From the human T2T-CHM13v2.0 reference genome, Homo sapiens: a DNA stretch of 64,000 nucleotides. The notes beneath the pieces were generated by a model. The model worked only from the letters and a program-made list of their open reading frames with translations, searched no databases and was not told where the DNA came from. Shown piece after piece: positions 37,701-50,300 of this stretch. Within the stretch, counting starts at the first letter, position 1; every line of letters begins with the position of its first letter. A program made the translations under genes and the position numbers. The stretch lies in NCBI RefSeq assembly GCF_009914755.1, contig NC_060930.1. One strand, given 5' to 3'.

Positions 37701-39508
37701 TGCCTGGGTTCAAATCCTGGCTGCAATTTCTGAGCCCCGAGGTCCAAAACCCAAACCCCAAACACAGCCCCAGCTCCGACAGCTTCTCAGCTATGTTTAG
37801 GACAATTACCTTTCTGCATCTCACTTGCCATCTCTGAAACAGGCACCATGATATCTATTTCACAGTGTTTCGTGTACATATGATCATGTCATCCTCCCCA
37901 CACCAGACATTGGCAGTAGTGTCCCCATACTAGAGCTGAGAGTGCTGGTGCTCAGGGAAATGCAGATGGTTATAGGAGGATGACTGGCATGCAATAAGGG
38001 CCCGATAAAGGTTAGCTATTGTCGTCGTGATTTGGCACAAGGATGTAGGAAGAGAGGATTTGAAATCGGACAGAGCTGAGCTCTACTTTTGACATCAGTA
38101 GAGTTTTCTAGCTCTGTGACCTTGGGCAAGTTGCTGGATCTCTCTGGGGCTCATTGTCTTGCTCTGTAAAATGGACATGGCAACACCTACCTCCCAGGTG
38201 TTGATGTGGATTATATTAGACAATGAACACACAGTGATTGCCACTTAAAAGGGAAGGAGGGAAGAAGAGACCTGGAGTGAGGGGAAGAGTTCAGCTGGAT
38301 GCTGGTAAAACCCACCCCCAGTCCCCTCTTAAGGGGCTCAATAAATATGGTACTTGTAGAATGAATGAATAAATGAACATTAGTCACCTCACCCTGTCAG
38401 GGTCCCCAAGAGCAGGGACAAATTCTCTCTGATTAGCCCGTGTGCTCCCTGATGGTGAGGGTATGACCTTGGGCCTTCTCCCTTGGGGAGAAAGGGATCT
38501 ACGGATCCCTTTAGATGAACCATCTAAAATGCCGAGCCTTTTTGGGGATGGTTCATTCTCTTGGTGTGGCAACAGCCAGTGCAGAAACCCACAAGGAAAA
38601 ATGGAAACAACTTTTCCTTTCCTTCTCGTAATGAGGTGCAGGCAGGGCACAGGGCCCTAAGCCCTGGGCACAGAGTCTCAGGCCTACAATTAATCCCTTC
38701 CCAGGATGTGGCCCCAGGCTCGGCTCCTGGCTGCATCCCCAGCATTGCTCTGTGCCCCACTCCCCAAGTCCTAGTGCTTACCCCCCATTCTGGGGACTGG
38801 GGAAGGGTACATTTTGCTGGCAAAGATTATGGGAGCCCAGGGAATGCCTTCTTGTTGAGGCCAGCGGGGCTCATCCCCTTTCCTTGTGACTGTGGTGACC
38901 CCAGCCACACCCTTGACACTGCCTAAGTCTCTGGCAGCCATAGTAAAAACCCAAATGGTGGTGCTGGTGGTGGGTGGAGGGCACGCAGTGGGGAAAGGGG
39001 GCAGAAGAGACATGGGGGTGAGGGGAAGGGCTCAGCTCGATGCTGGTAAAACCCTCCTCCAGGCCCCATGACTTCGGAGAAACTGCCTCTCTCCCACCCC
39101 GGCCCCCAGATGCCAGTGGTGTGCCGGCCGTTGGCGTTTGCTTCACAGGAAGTGTCCCTGGAGTCTTGCTTATCTTGAATGGGTGGCTGCTGGGAGGGGG
39201 CAAAGGAAGCCATTTCTTCCCTCGCCCACCATTACATGTCCACTCCAAAGGCTATCTCTTGCATCCCAGACCATCCTCTCTCCCTCTCTGAAGGTGGGAA
39301 GGAGGTATCCATGATCTGAGGACTACCTTCTAGGGGATGGGGGGTCCCAGAGCCCCTCATCTCTGTCTCACCCTCACCCTGGGTCAATACCAGGTACCTG
39401 GACATGAAGCTCTTCCTCAGTTTCTCCTGCTGTCTGTTAGTCCTGCATGGGCCTCAGGCCTCTCTGGTCAGCTGGCCTTCTGGGTCTGAGGAGGGAAGAT
39501 CCTAGAAG

Positions 39509-39616
39509 TAAGTTGTCAGATGCAGCAAATAAAAACACGAGGTGCCCCATTAAATTTTCATTGTTTGTGTGAAATTCAAATTTAACTGGGCATCCCGTAC
39601 TTTGTCTGGCAACCCT
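39509..39616. mobile_element. MER53-like palindromic MITE, internally deleted
   Basis: agttgtcagatgcagcaaataaaaacac...aaattcaaatttaactgggcatcc...tctggcaaccct. Confidence 0.75.
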
Positions 39617-40269
39617 GCCTGGATGGAGTGGCTGGACCTCCCTCTTGCGAGTTCTCAGTTGCTTTGCTGCTCCCCTTCCTCCTCCCCAGCCTTCTCACTG
39701 CTTTGCTGCTGAGGTATCCAGTGTAGACATTGTGTGTGGGCCCTCGTTCTGGATTTGTCCTCACTTTCTGCCTGCAGCAGAGATCTGAAACAAATTAGGA
39801 GCTCTCTGAGGGCACAGGCAGTGTCTCCCCCATCAGACTGGGAGCCTCCTTTGGATTGAGTCCATGTGACCTTGTAGCCAGGCCACTCCCCTTTCTCCTT
39901 TTCATCGTGCTCTGGAGGACCTGGCGCTGACCCTCAAGGCTGACCTTTTCCACAGGCTTAGCATAGCCTTCACTGCTGCTACCTGCAGAAGCTCTGAGAG
40001 AGCCTCAGTAAACATCCGTCTCCTCCTCCCTGATGACCTGCCGGTGGGAATTCTCTTCCCCAGTCCTCATTCTGCAGGCAGCTATCTCCGAGTCCCTCAG
40101 GCTCTGGAAACTTCCAGTGGAAACAATTCTCTGGGAGCCAAGACCCCAGAGCTCTGGCTGGGGCTCTGTCACCAACCAGCCCTGTGACCTCAGGCAGCTC
40201 TTGGTTGTTCTCTGGGCCTCAGTGTCCCTACCTGTACAATGGCACTATATCTAGCTTGCTGACCTTGGG

Positions 40270-40530
40270 GTAGGGTTTCCAAAATGCACATTGTGATCTA
40301 TGTGGGTCATGAAGTTGATTTAACAGCATGCAACCAGCATGATTCTTTTTCTTAAATAGGAAGAGAATAGGGCAGAAAATATTTAGTCTTGCATAGAGTA
40401 AGGGTAAGTATTGTTTCTTGAAACTTGTGTGGAGTGTGTGTGTGTGTGTGTGTGTACATGCGTTCTGGGTCATGAGGTAGGATATATTTTTCAGGGGGGT
40501 TGTGGTAAAACAAAAAAGTAAGGAAGTCAG
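40270..40530. mobile_element. Old hAT-type DNA transposon fragment containing (TG)n
   Basis: gtgggtcatgaagttgattt...gtaagggtaagtattgtttcttgaaac resembles Charlie-type MER elements; subfamily not assigned. Confidence 0.5.
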
Positions 40531-41374
40531 TACTGGAAGCTGTGACAGAAGGGTGACGGTGGCAACTGGAGACCCGGACGTGGTCTCTGCTACTTCTCCA
40601 CGTCACGGAGATGACAGGCCCACTTACAACCTCCTGTCTGGGGTTCTTCCTTGCTCTCTTGAGTAGTCTTCCTGCCCTGCCTCTGCTGAGCTCATGCCCC
40701 TCTCTACCCAGAGCCCAGGGCCCTCCCAGCTGAGAGCTCTCAGGAGCTAGTCTGGTTCCCTGGGCCACTCCAATAAGAGAAGAAGATTCTGGGATCCACA
40801 GCCTGGTGGTGTCCAGTCTGCCCAGCTGCCTCCGGCCTGGTTCTGCCTCACGGTAATAATACTGGATTGGGAAACTGAAGCTTGGGCCAAGTGGAGGAAC
40901 ATGGCTCCCTCCTAGCTTTCCCAATGCCCCGTACCCTGGGAGGGATACTCCTTAACCCCTTCCTGGGGCGGGGGAGGTGTTCTGGGGTCCAGGTGGGTGA
41001 AAAACGACAAATAGAGTGTGAGTGGCTGATGACCCTCAGCTTTGTGGCTCCTGCCAAATCTCTGATTTCTGGATCACACTGCCCTGTCTTTCCTCTAAGG
41101 AACCATATCTAGGTGTGAACCACATTAACCAGGAGAATTTGAGGATAAAACAGGTGGAATATGGGAGACACCTGGTGGTGATGGCTATTTAGATGGTTTC
41201 ATCAGTACATGGGCCCCTCTCTGTGGGTGCTGTCATCCTGGGTCCAATTCACAGAGAAGAAACCAGGCTGAGAAGAACTGGCCTAGAGTTGGGTCATGCT
41301 CAGTCAAGAGAGGAAGATTTGGGAAAAAAGGTGGGACTGAAAGCTCTTGACCTGTGGGAGAGTCAGGAAGAGAA

Positions 41375-41814
41375 CAGCCCCATCCTCAGGGAGCCCCACT
41401 CTGAGGGAGACACAGCCCCGTCCTACGGGAGCCCCAGTCTGAGCGAGGTTTAGCCCCATCCTCAGGGAGCCCCAGTCTGAGGGGAGACGCAGCCCCGTCC
41501 TACGGGAGCCCCAGTCTGAGCGAGGTGCAGCCCCATCCTCAGGGAGCCCCAGTCTGAGGGGAGACGCAGTCCCGTCCTCAGGGAACCGCAGTCTGAGGGA
41601 GATGCAGCCCCGTCCTCAGGAAGCCCCAGTCTGAGGGAGACGCAGCCCTGTCCTCAGGAAGCCCCATTCTGAGGGAGATGCAGCCCCATCCTCAGGGAGC
41701 CCCAGTCTGAGGGGAGGCACAGCCCTGACTCAGGGAGCCCCAGTTTGAGGGGAGACACAGCAGTGTCTTTAGGGAGCCCAGTCTGAGGGGAGACACAGCA
41801 GTGTCTTTAGGGAG
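41375..41814. repeat. Minisatellite, about 11.5 copies of a 38-39-bp unit CAGCCCCATCCTCAGGGAGCCCCAGTCTGAGGGGAGACA
   Basis: Tandem units read directly. Confidence 0.95.
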
Positions 41815-43769
41815 GTCCCTTTAGGAGTTCAACCCCTTGGTCCTTCTTCTGAGGTAGTGGGTTTTGTGGGGCACTGGAGGCCCAGAGTTGGCTGTTTGAG
41901 GAAGAGTCTTTCAGGGCATTGCCATTCTTTGTCATTCTTTACTGTAGCCAGAGGTGTGGTGTGATCTGAAGGGTCCCGGGCAGGTGTCCTCCTTCCCCTC
42001 CACTGTGCCCACCATCACCCTCCTAGTTCTTTCCCTTCAATCATTCACCGTAGTCTGTAATCACCATGCCCCACCTTAAATTAAGGTCTAGAAAGGATCT
42101 TGGAGACGTGTGAGTCCCAGATCAGAGGAGGGAACTGAGGCCCCAAAAGAGAAGGGGAGGAATCTTGTGTGAGGTCACCCAGGGAGTTAATAGCAGGGCC
42201 TAAATCTCAGAGCAGTGCTTTGGGCTTATGGAGAGACTCTGGGAGATGTGGGGCCACCCAGCACACATGTGAGCAGAGAGGCGCTGTGAAGGAGTGTGTG
42301 TGTGTGTGTGCGTGTGTGTGTGTGTGCAGGGGTGAGTGGGGTTAGGCGTCTGGGTCCCCTGTGAGCAGATGGGAGTTCATATGGGTGTCTGCTGCAAGGC
42401 GTCTGGCTATTTTCCTATGTCACAGTGTGGGGTGGAGCAGGGAGGGACAGGCCTGTAGCAGGGACATCAGACTGGTCTTATGAGTCCTGGCCCAGCCCTC
42501 TTGAGACCAAGGGCAGAGGGCGATGAGTCACAGATGACTCAGGTGCTGGAGGCCACAGCCACGCATGGCACGTGACAGCCAAGGAGGGCCAGGTCTATTT
42601 CTGGACCGGATAGACAGGTGACCCAGGAGGCTGACACTGAAATCTCTCTTCCTAGAGGATAGGAGGGATTCTATTCACAGGCTCAGAGCCTGGGCCCCTG
42701 GGATGGGGCTGAAAAGACGGCCTGTGGGCTTACCTGTCCCTTGGAGCTTTGCTCCACTGGCTGGTTGAGCTGTTACTTCAGTGGGGCAGGGCTGTCCTGA
42801 GCCATCCCCATTCTCCTGAAGATGTGCGGTTAGGGTCACTCTCCACTGGGGATGAGTTCTCCCTGGCCCTTTGGATGCCAGCATCTAGCAGCAAAGCACC
42901 CCTGCCCTGCCTTGGTAATGCAGTGTCTGACCACAGACAGCCCCTCTTCTTTGTCTGAGGCAAGGGAGCCAAATCCTTGACCTGCCACTTGACCCCAAGG
43001 CCTAGGCCAGAAGATGAGGTAGTCTGGGGTGCAGACAGTGTCTTGGGTTCAGATCTCACCCTGAGACCTGGAGTTACATTGTTTCCTCTTGGGGCCTCAG
43101 TTCCATGCTCTGTACCCCGTGGGGGTTGTGCTTGAAGGCTCAGGGGTCCCCTCTAGCTGGCTCCTCATCAGGCCTTGAAGGCTGGGCTGACGGCGAGGCC
43201 TTGAAGCTGCCTCCTCTCTCTTGCCTATGTTTGAGGTGGGGGACTGGGGAGGGTTGGCTGAGGATAGAAAGTCCTGGCCTGGTAGGGGCATGCCTCAGGG
43301 TCCCCGGTCACCTGAAACACAGTGATGATTACAGGGTGAGCCTCTGGGACCAGACACTGTAATCTGCTGCCCTCCTTCCTGCCAAGGGCCTACTGCAGCA
43401 TTTCCTTCTGCTTTTCACAACTGTTTTCTAAGAACCCCAGGAAGGCAGAGGCCTCATCTCTGAGGGGTGTGGCAGAAGACTAAAGAAGAGGGGAGGGAGA
43501 AAATGGAGATGGTGAGAGAGGAAGGGAGAGAGGATGAAAGGATGAGGGAAAGGAGATGCGTGAGGTGTGGTAGACATCAGAAGGCTTTTCCCTGGTTGAC
43601 AGTTTGAGGAAGAGGAGGGGAAAGAAGAGTGGGTGGGGTCATTCTCTGCCTCTAAGCTCCCAGCTTAGGTGCTCCTCCTCAGAAAGACTGCCCTGACCTC
43701 ATTACCTAAAGTAGCAGCCTCCTCCCCACCTCAGTCACTTTCTATCAATTGCTGCATTTAATGAGGAAG

Positions 43770-44320
43770 GGCTGAGTCAGCTCATGTCACTTTTTGGCTC
43801 AAATCCCCGCAGTGGCTCCTGGTCTTCCTCAGACTAAAGACCAAAGTCCTTACGATGGCCTTCAAGGTCCTACATGATTCCTTTCCAAGAACAGCAAGTG
43901 TGTTCTTCAAACACATCTGGCATACTCCTGACCCAGGGCCTTTGCACAGCTTTCCCCCTCTGCCTGGAATGTTCTTTCTCCAGATATCTGCAGGACTCAC
44001 TCCCTTGCCTTCTTCAAGTCTTTGCTCAAACATCGCCTTCTCAATGAGGCCTGCCCTGGGCATCCTATTTAAAATGGCAATATTCTTCCTACACTCTCCA
44101 GCCCTCTTACCCTATACTCTTTTATCTTTTTTTCTAAACACTTACCACTCTTTAATGTTTTCACATTATAAAATGCATGTATTTATTAAGTGCATTGTGT
44201 ACTTTCTGTCTCCCCTCACCTTGAATTTAAGTTTTACAAGAGTTGGTGTCTTTGTTTTATTCACTGATGTGTCCTAAGTCCCTGGAATAGGACCTGACAC
44301 ACAATAGATACTCAACTTGT
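43770..44320 (-). mobile_element. L2 LINE 3' fragment (other L2 relics near 31790-32290, 32990-33120, 45760-46590, 56270-56725, 56740-57340)
   Basis: cagggcctttgcacagct...gcctggaatgttct...tcaagtctttgctcaaac...ttctcaatgaggcct. Confidence 0.8.
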
Positions 44321-47300
44321 GGAGCAAATGGCACCTGTCACTGTGGGTGATGATCTCTCTCTCTCCCTCTGTGTACACGCTCCCCACGCACCCATCGACC
44401 TCCCTGAGGATGCCTCACTCAGAATAGCAGTTCCATGAGAGCTGGGAACTGCCTATCTTGTTCATACTTGTGCTCTCAGCACGTGTCTGGCACAGAATAG
44501 GTACTCAGTAAATATGTGTTGGCTGGATGGAAGGGACCTGAAACAGAGGCCAGGGAGAGTGGGAAGACAGGCCAGTCACTGGCAACAGGCCCGTAATGAG
44601 AGGATTCTCGAGGAAGAGAATGGAAAGGTGTCCGCTGGTCATTATGAGGCCCCTAAGATCCTCCTATCTGAACAGAAGAGATGCTCCTTCAGATCTGTTA
44701 CACATGTACACACGCACACAATCCAGGACCATCACACACCAGTATATAGAAGGAGAGAGCACTGGAAACTGCTGCCAGGTTGATGATGGCATCAGGCTTG
44801 ACCACTAGGGGCTTCCTGGAGGAGGTGGCCTAGGGCTAGACCAGCACCGGAGCAAAAAAGTTCAGGACATCTCCAGTCAGAGGTAAAGAAGGATGAAGGA
44901 AAGAAAGAAGGGGATGTGGCAGAGGTCAGGGAAGGCCCAGGAGAGAGGCAGGGCTGACTGAGGCTAGGACTGAGACTGGGGCTCGTCAAGGTCAGAAGCC
45001 TTGGGTTTGGGGTCCAGTAGGACTACACAGGATACAGAGTTGGAGGAAAAGCCTGGATTTTCCCAACCAAAATCCCTAGAGGAAGGAATTTTCTGTGTCT
45101 TCCTCTGGGGTTTGCATTGACAGGCACAGGGCAGATGGTCAGTGTTGTCCTCTGATTGAGGGCGCCCAGCGGGAGTGCCGTGGCAGGATCTAATGCCCAA
45201 GTTCCCCTCAGAACGTGGCGCCGGGAATGTGATTCAGTGTATAATTCCAGCTGGTACTTTTTTCCCAATAAAAAGAAACGCCTTCATTCTCAAAGAAGAT
45301 GATTATAAAAGAAAAAAAAAATCTCTTGACTTACAGAAAGAACCATGCCCAAATCTAGTGACCATGGTTCGCACAACATGAAAATCAGATGAGAGGGAGC
45401 ACGAGTGAAAGAAGCTCAAACACAGGGCGTGAGGTGCCCCTGCCAGCCTCGGTCCCTGACCACACGGCCCCGCCTTTGGCTGGAGGGAGAGCCCTGGCTG
45501 TCAGCCGCACGGTGTGGAAAGCCCAGAAGGAAAGCAGTTTTGAAATTTTACTTGTGATTGATACACTTTTGGCCACGTTGGCTATTTTCAGAGCCTAGCT
45601 CCCCCATCCTCTGTCACAGACACCTTTGAGTTCTTTAAATGGCTGTATCTTTTGTTGTCATATGGACACATGGTCTTTATAGTACATTCAGACAGAACAG
45701 GTTTTGTGAGCAAAGGATATCGAGCTTTTTTCCCTGATATACAAATTGCAAGAGTTCGTTCTCCTCATAAGCCTGTTACTTTCTTATACCTGTGAACGGC
45801 ACCTCCATCCCCACAGCTGCTCAAGCCCAAAGACGCATTCATAATCTGACCATCCCTTCGGGTGATCAAAGCCATCAGCAATCCCGGGGCCTGCTCTGCT
45901 TCAAAAATACTTCTGTCCTTGTTCCCCTCTTTCTACCATCTGGCTTCAGCTCCATGGCTTCTCCATTCCTCTCCAGCTTCTCCAATTCTTTTTCCTCCCA
46001 GCAGCCAGAAACCACTTTAATGCCACAGGAAGGATCATGCTACCTCTGTGCTTAAACCCTCCCTGCACACAAAATAAAGCCTGCCTTCATCGCCTGTCCA
46101 CAAGGCCCGGCCTTGTCTGCCTCCTGACCATCTCTTCAGCCTCCTTGCAGGCCCCTCTCACCCTCTGCACACAATAATCTCTCCTTCCTTGAACATATCA
46201 GTGTTGTGTCCGCTTAGGGACTTCGTACTTGCTGTTCCCTCCTTCAGGAACATGCTGCCTCCACATCTTTGCATGGATACCTCCCCCTCACCTTTCAGGA
46301 TTCTGTTCATATGTCACCTCCTCCAAGAGGCTTTCCTTGAACACCTCTCCCCTCCTCCCTTGCAATATAAATGGCATCCCCAAGTTGCTTGCATTCCACT
46401 CTTTTAATTTTCTTCATGGTATTTATCTCTAGCTAAAATTTATTTGTTTACAGATTGACTTTCTCTCTCTAGGATTTCAGGGGAGCAGGAACCTTGCCTG
46501 GGTGATTGTCGAGACTGTTGGCCCCATGACTAGTGCTTAGGGTTCAATAAATATTTGTTAAGCGAATGAATAAGTGAATGAATGAATGAATGAATGCTCT
46601 AACCCTGCCTTTGCTGAACTTCTAGAGATTGTGCAACCTCTCTTACACAATCAGGAGCTTGGTAACCTTGTTTGCACTCTCATTCCAAGGATTTCAGACT
46701 TGCTTTGCCAATCTTGTTGCAGCTCATCAATTCTTGGCAGCCCCACCCCTCCCAGCTGGGCCCAGGACGCACAGTAGGTCCTCAGCGCACACCCATGGGA
46801 CTGAGTTGGTGAATGTAGCCTGGCTCTTGTCCTGATTATCTGGGTGACTTCAGGCAAGTCAGTATGCCTTTCGTTGTTTATAGTTCTCATCTGTAAAGAT
46901 AAAGAGGTTTGTACAGATGGTCTCTAAGATTCTGTTTGACTTTCAAAGACCAGAACAGAATTAACCAGTTCAAAAGAAGAGCTGTGGGTGGGTGGGGGTT
47001 TTAGGTGGATTGAGAGAGGATGGGTGGGGGTAAGGGAGAGGGTAGTGAGGAGTTTGGAGGGGGATTAAATGGGACTTTCTTCCCAGGGCCTTGAGGACTG
47101 GGCTTTGGGGGACTCTCAGGGTGAGGTTTGATCCCTGAAGTTCAGGCTTGGCCCCTTGTTATTTCCTGCTTTCCTGGGGCTGTGGCTGTGGCTGTGGGAG
47201 ACTTGACCCAAGAACGGACAGCCTCTCTTTTTCTGCTCTGCCATAGAGCAGAGCCCCAGCCTGGAACACACGAGCCCTCTGAAATTACCTGCACAGTCTT

Positions 47301-50300
47301 GGGGGTATGTGAATGAATGTCCTTTGGGGAAAGAAAGTCCTTATCTTTTATCAGATTCTCCAAGGGATTTCTGCCTTACAAAGTTTAGAAACCTGTATTT
47401 AGAAGGCCAGGCTGAACTAAGAAGATAAGTCATAGGAGGAGGAGAAGGAAGAGGAGAGAGGACCCAAATCCTTTTATTTTAAAATGTCTTTTCTGGACCT
47501 TAGTTTCCTCATCAGTAAAATTAGAAGTTTGGGTGATCTCTGGTAACATCCAGCATTTAGAATAATAATGCCTAATTTTACTTTGTACATTATCTCCTTT
47601 GCTCCTTTCAAAAGCCATGTGACTGTGTTTCTCATCAGCATCCCTGTTTTTCAGGTGACAACACTGAGGTCTGGTGACTCACCCAGGGTCATGCAGCCTG
47701 TGAGTGGCAGAGTGAGCCGGGAACCTGGCTGCTGGCTGAGAAATTTCAGGGCTTCTTCTTTGAGTGCCCAGCAGGATTGCAGCACCACATGGCTCTGGGG
47801 CTCTCCCACTGGCCAGTCTGGGCTGAAGGGAATGAAGTGAAGAGAGGGAGTTTCCCCTAAAGGTTGGTTGTTAATGATATTGCAGAAGAGGAAGAGGTGG
47901 TAGGAGGAACAGGTCATGCCCAAGTGGAAATCCTCAGCTCCTTCCAGCTGATCTAGAAGGCCTCCTGGACAAGGGGACACTTGGGGAGGTGGGGAACTGG
48001 GCCTCAGCTTGGGGAAAGGGAGGCATTCCTAGGCAGCGGAAAGCATCCTTTCTGGTGGGTAATCCAGTATTTATGGTGTTTTTGATGACTGGAATGCGGG
48101 TGTGGGTTCCCTATTGGACTTTGGGCTCTGCTGCAGGCCTCAGGCTGGGGAGACATTTTGGAATGTGTCCCTTGCCTTCTAGGGCCACCTTTGGCCTCAC
48201 CTGCTGTTTACCCTCTTCTTCCTCCCCCTCTTCCCCCCTTGGCAGCCTGAGCTAGTGCCAGGAAATTGTTGGTCAAAGGTGAGGTCACCAAGAACCTGGA
48301 AAAACAACAGGTCTCCATTAACCTTGTTTACCTGCCAGGTAACTGTTGCTTTACAAAGGTTCTTTCGCCCCTTCTTTCATTACCTGCATTTCCTGCTCCC
48401 GTAAAAGCTCAGATCAGCTGAGCAGATTTTGGTGGGGGGTTCCTTCAAGATAAACCCTCCTGAGAGGCTTTCCACTCTTCTATTTTCTGGCATGTGGTCT
48501 GTATCTATTAGGTCATATCTCAGACTGTGTGGTCACCTGAGTTTAGATGCTGGCTGCCCAGCGAGACTGTCAACAACTTGAGGGAAGGGCTGTGTTCATT
48601 TACATTCTCAGGGCCTGGCTTCTAATAATGTCTGCTGCTTCAATGGATGGATGACTGAATGAATTAATGAATGAGTGGGATGGATGTCCTGGGTTTCTAT
48701 TTCAGAACTCACCTCCCCTAGGAGGTCTCCTGGGGTTACTTCCAGCCTATTCTTTGCATCTTATTCCCATCTTTGGTCTGCCTAATCTGTCCTGATTTCT
48801 TCATGCTGTTTTTCTCAGAGTTTTTCATAAGGAACCAAAAACAACTGAGCCATGTGGCCCTCTGACAACCTCCCCAGGGCCCTGCAGACAGCAGACTCCT
48901 GATCAATGGTCACTAACTGACCAGCTTATGGGATCTGGGCCAAAGGAGAGCCAGGGAGGTCAGATTGTTTCTTGAGGTCACCCAGCTGTGAAAGAACTTG
49001 GGCCCATCCTTGGCCAAACCTGCACATCATCACTCAGACCTGGGGCTTCCTTCTGTGTGCAGAGCTGATATTTAAACACCATTGATGTCAATGCATCTAT
49101 TCACTCAGAAAATATTGGGACCGTGCTTGCTCTGGCTCTCTGTGTTGAAGATGATACAGTTCCTTTACCTCAAAGAGGTCACAAACCAATCAGGGAGATG
49201 AGATATTTACCAGAGCAGTTCCTCAGCACTGGAGCCAAAGGTTGGGACAGTCAGAGAAGGCTTCCCAGAGGCGCTGGCACTTGAGGCCCTTGAAAGATTC
49301 TTAATCACTTATTTGGTGTAAGCTGTTTAAGAGAGCTTTGCTCATCTTGGTTAGTCCAAGATGTGCCTGTGACCTGTTTGTGGTCCTGGTTCACAAGGAG
49401 GAGGGACAGTAGTGGCTATCCCCTGCATCAGCACCCCCTGTTCCATCACTGCTACCGAGGGCTGCAAAGCCACAGGACTAGCTGGCAGTGAGAGGGCCCG
49501 TTGCCTGCGTGTAGACACCGGGATCAGAGATTGGCTGAGACACACCAGAGGCCCCACAGTGACCCAGGGCGGAGCAGGGTCTAGAACCTAATAGTCCTGA
49601 TTCCCACCCCTGTGCTCTCTCCGTGGATGCCACCACCCAGTTGCCTTTACGAGGCCAGTGCCTTCTGTGGGTCAGTACCTTGGGCTCTGGGCTGGGTGCT
49701 GGGTGTAGCTGGGGTGGTCCTTACCATGGTCCCCCTTTTCACACGATGGGCATTGAAAGGATAGCCCAGACTGAGACCCTTGTCAGAAGGAGGTGGGGTA
49801 TGAACAAAGCCTAATGATCCAGGGAGAGAGGATGCCTATCAGAGAGGGTACCACTCCCCTGGACCTGCATGCATAGCGGAGTTACCATTATTCACATGCA
49901 GGGCAAGCCTATCAGAGAGGAGTCAGAGGGAGGAAGGCTGACAGAAGTGGCTCTCTGGGATTCCCAGCTGAGGCTCTCGCACTCCCGGGTCTTGTTTTCC
50001 CTAACAGCCTCAGGGCACAAAGTCCAGTGGTGTGATTTTGTCATCTCTTCCCAGGGCAGCCTTAAAGGGCCAGTGCCTCCTCTCAGGGTTAATGATTACC
50101 TGTTGGGTCACCAATAGACCCAGGTGTCCTTGTGTGTGAAGACGGTTGGGCGGATGGGTGGGAGGTGGTGAAAGAGGGGTGGCCTGCCTGAAGAGGAGGC
50201 TAGGGCTTCCTTTAAATACATCCTCATAGAGGCTGCCTCCTGGAGCTCTCCTGGTTAGCCTTGGGTCATGAGGAGGGATCTGTCTTTAATGGCTAACAGC

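Noticed and set aside
33000-41000. Metabolic-trait GWAS variants recalled just downstream of VEGFA
   Set aside because: Positions and alleles cannot be verified without liftover; nothing in the sequence itself marks them.
41375-41814. Regularly spaced palindromic repeats superficially like a CRISPR array
   Set aside because: No unique spacers (units are contiguous), no cas genes, human context; it is a minisatellite.
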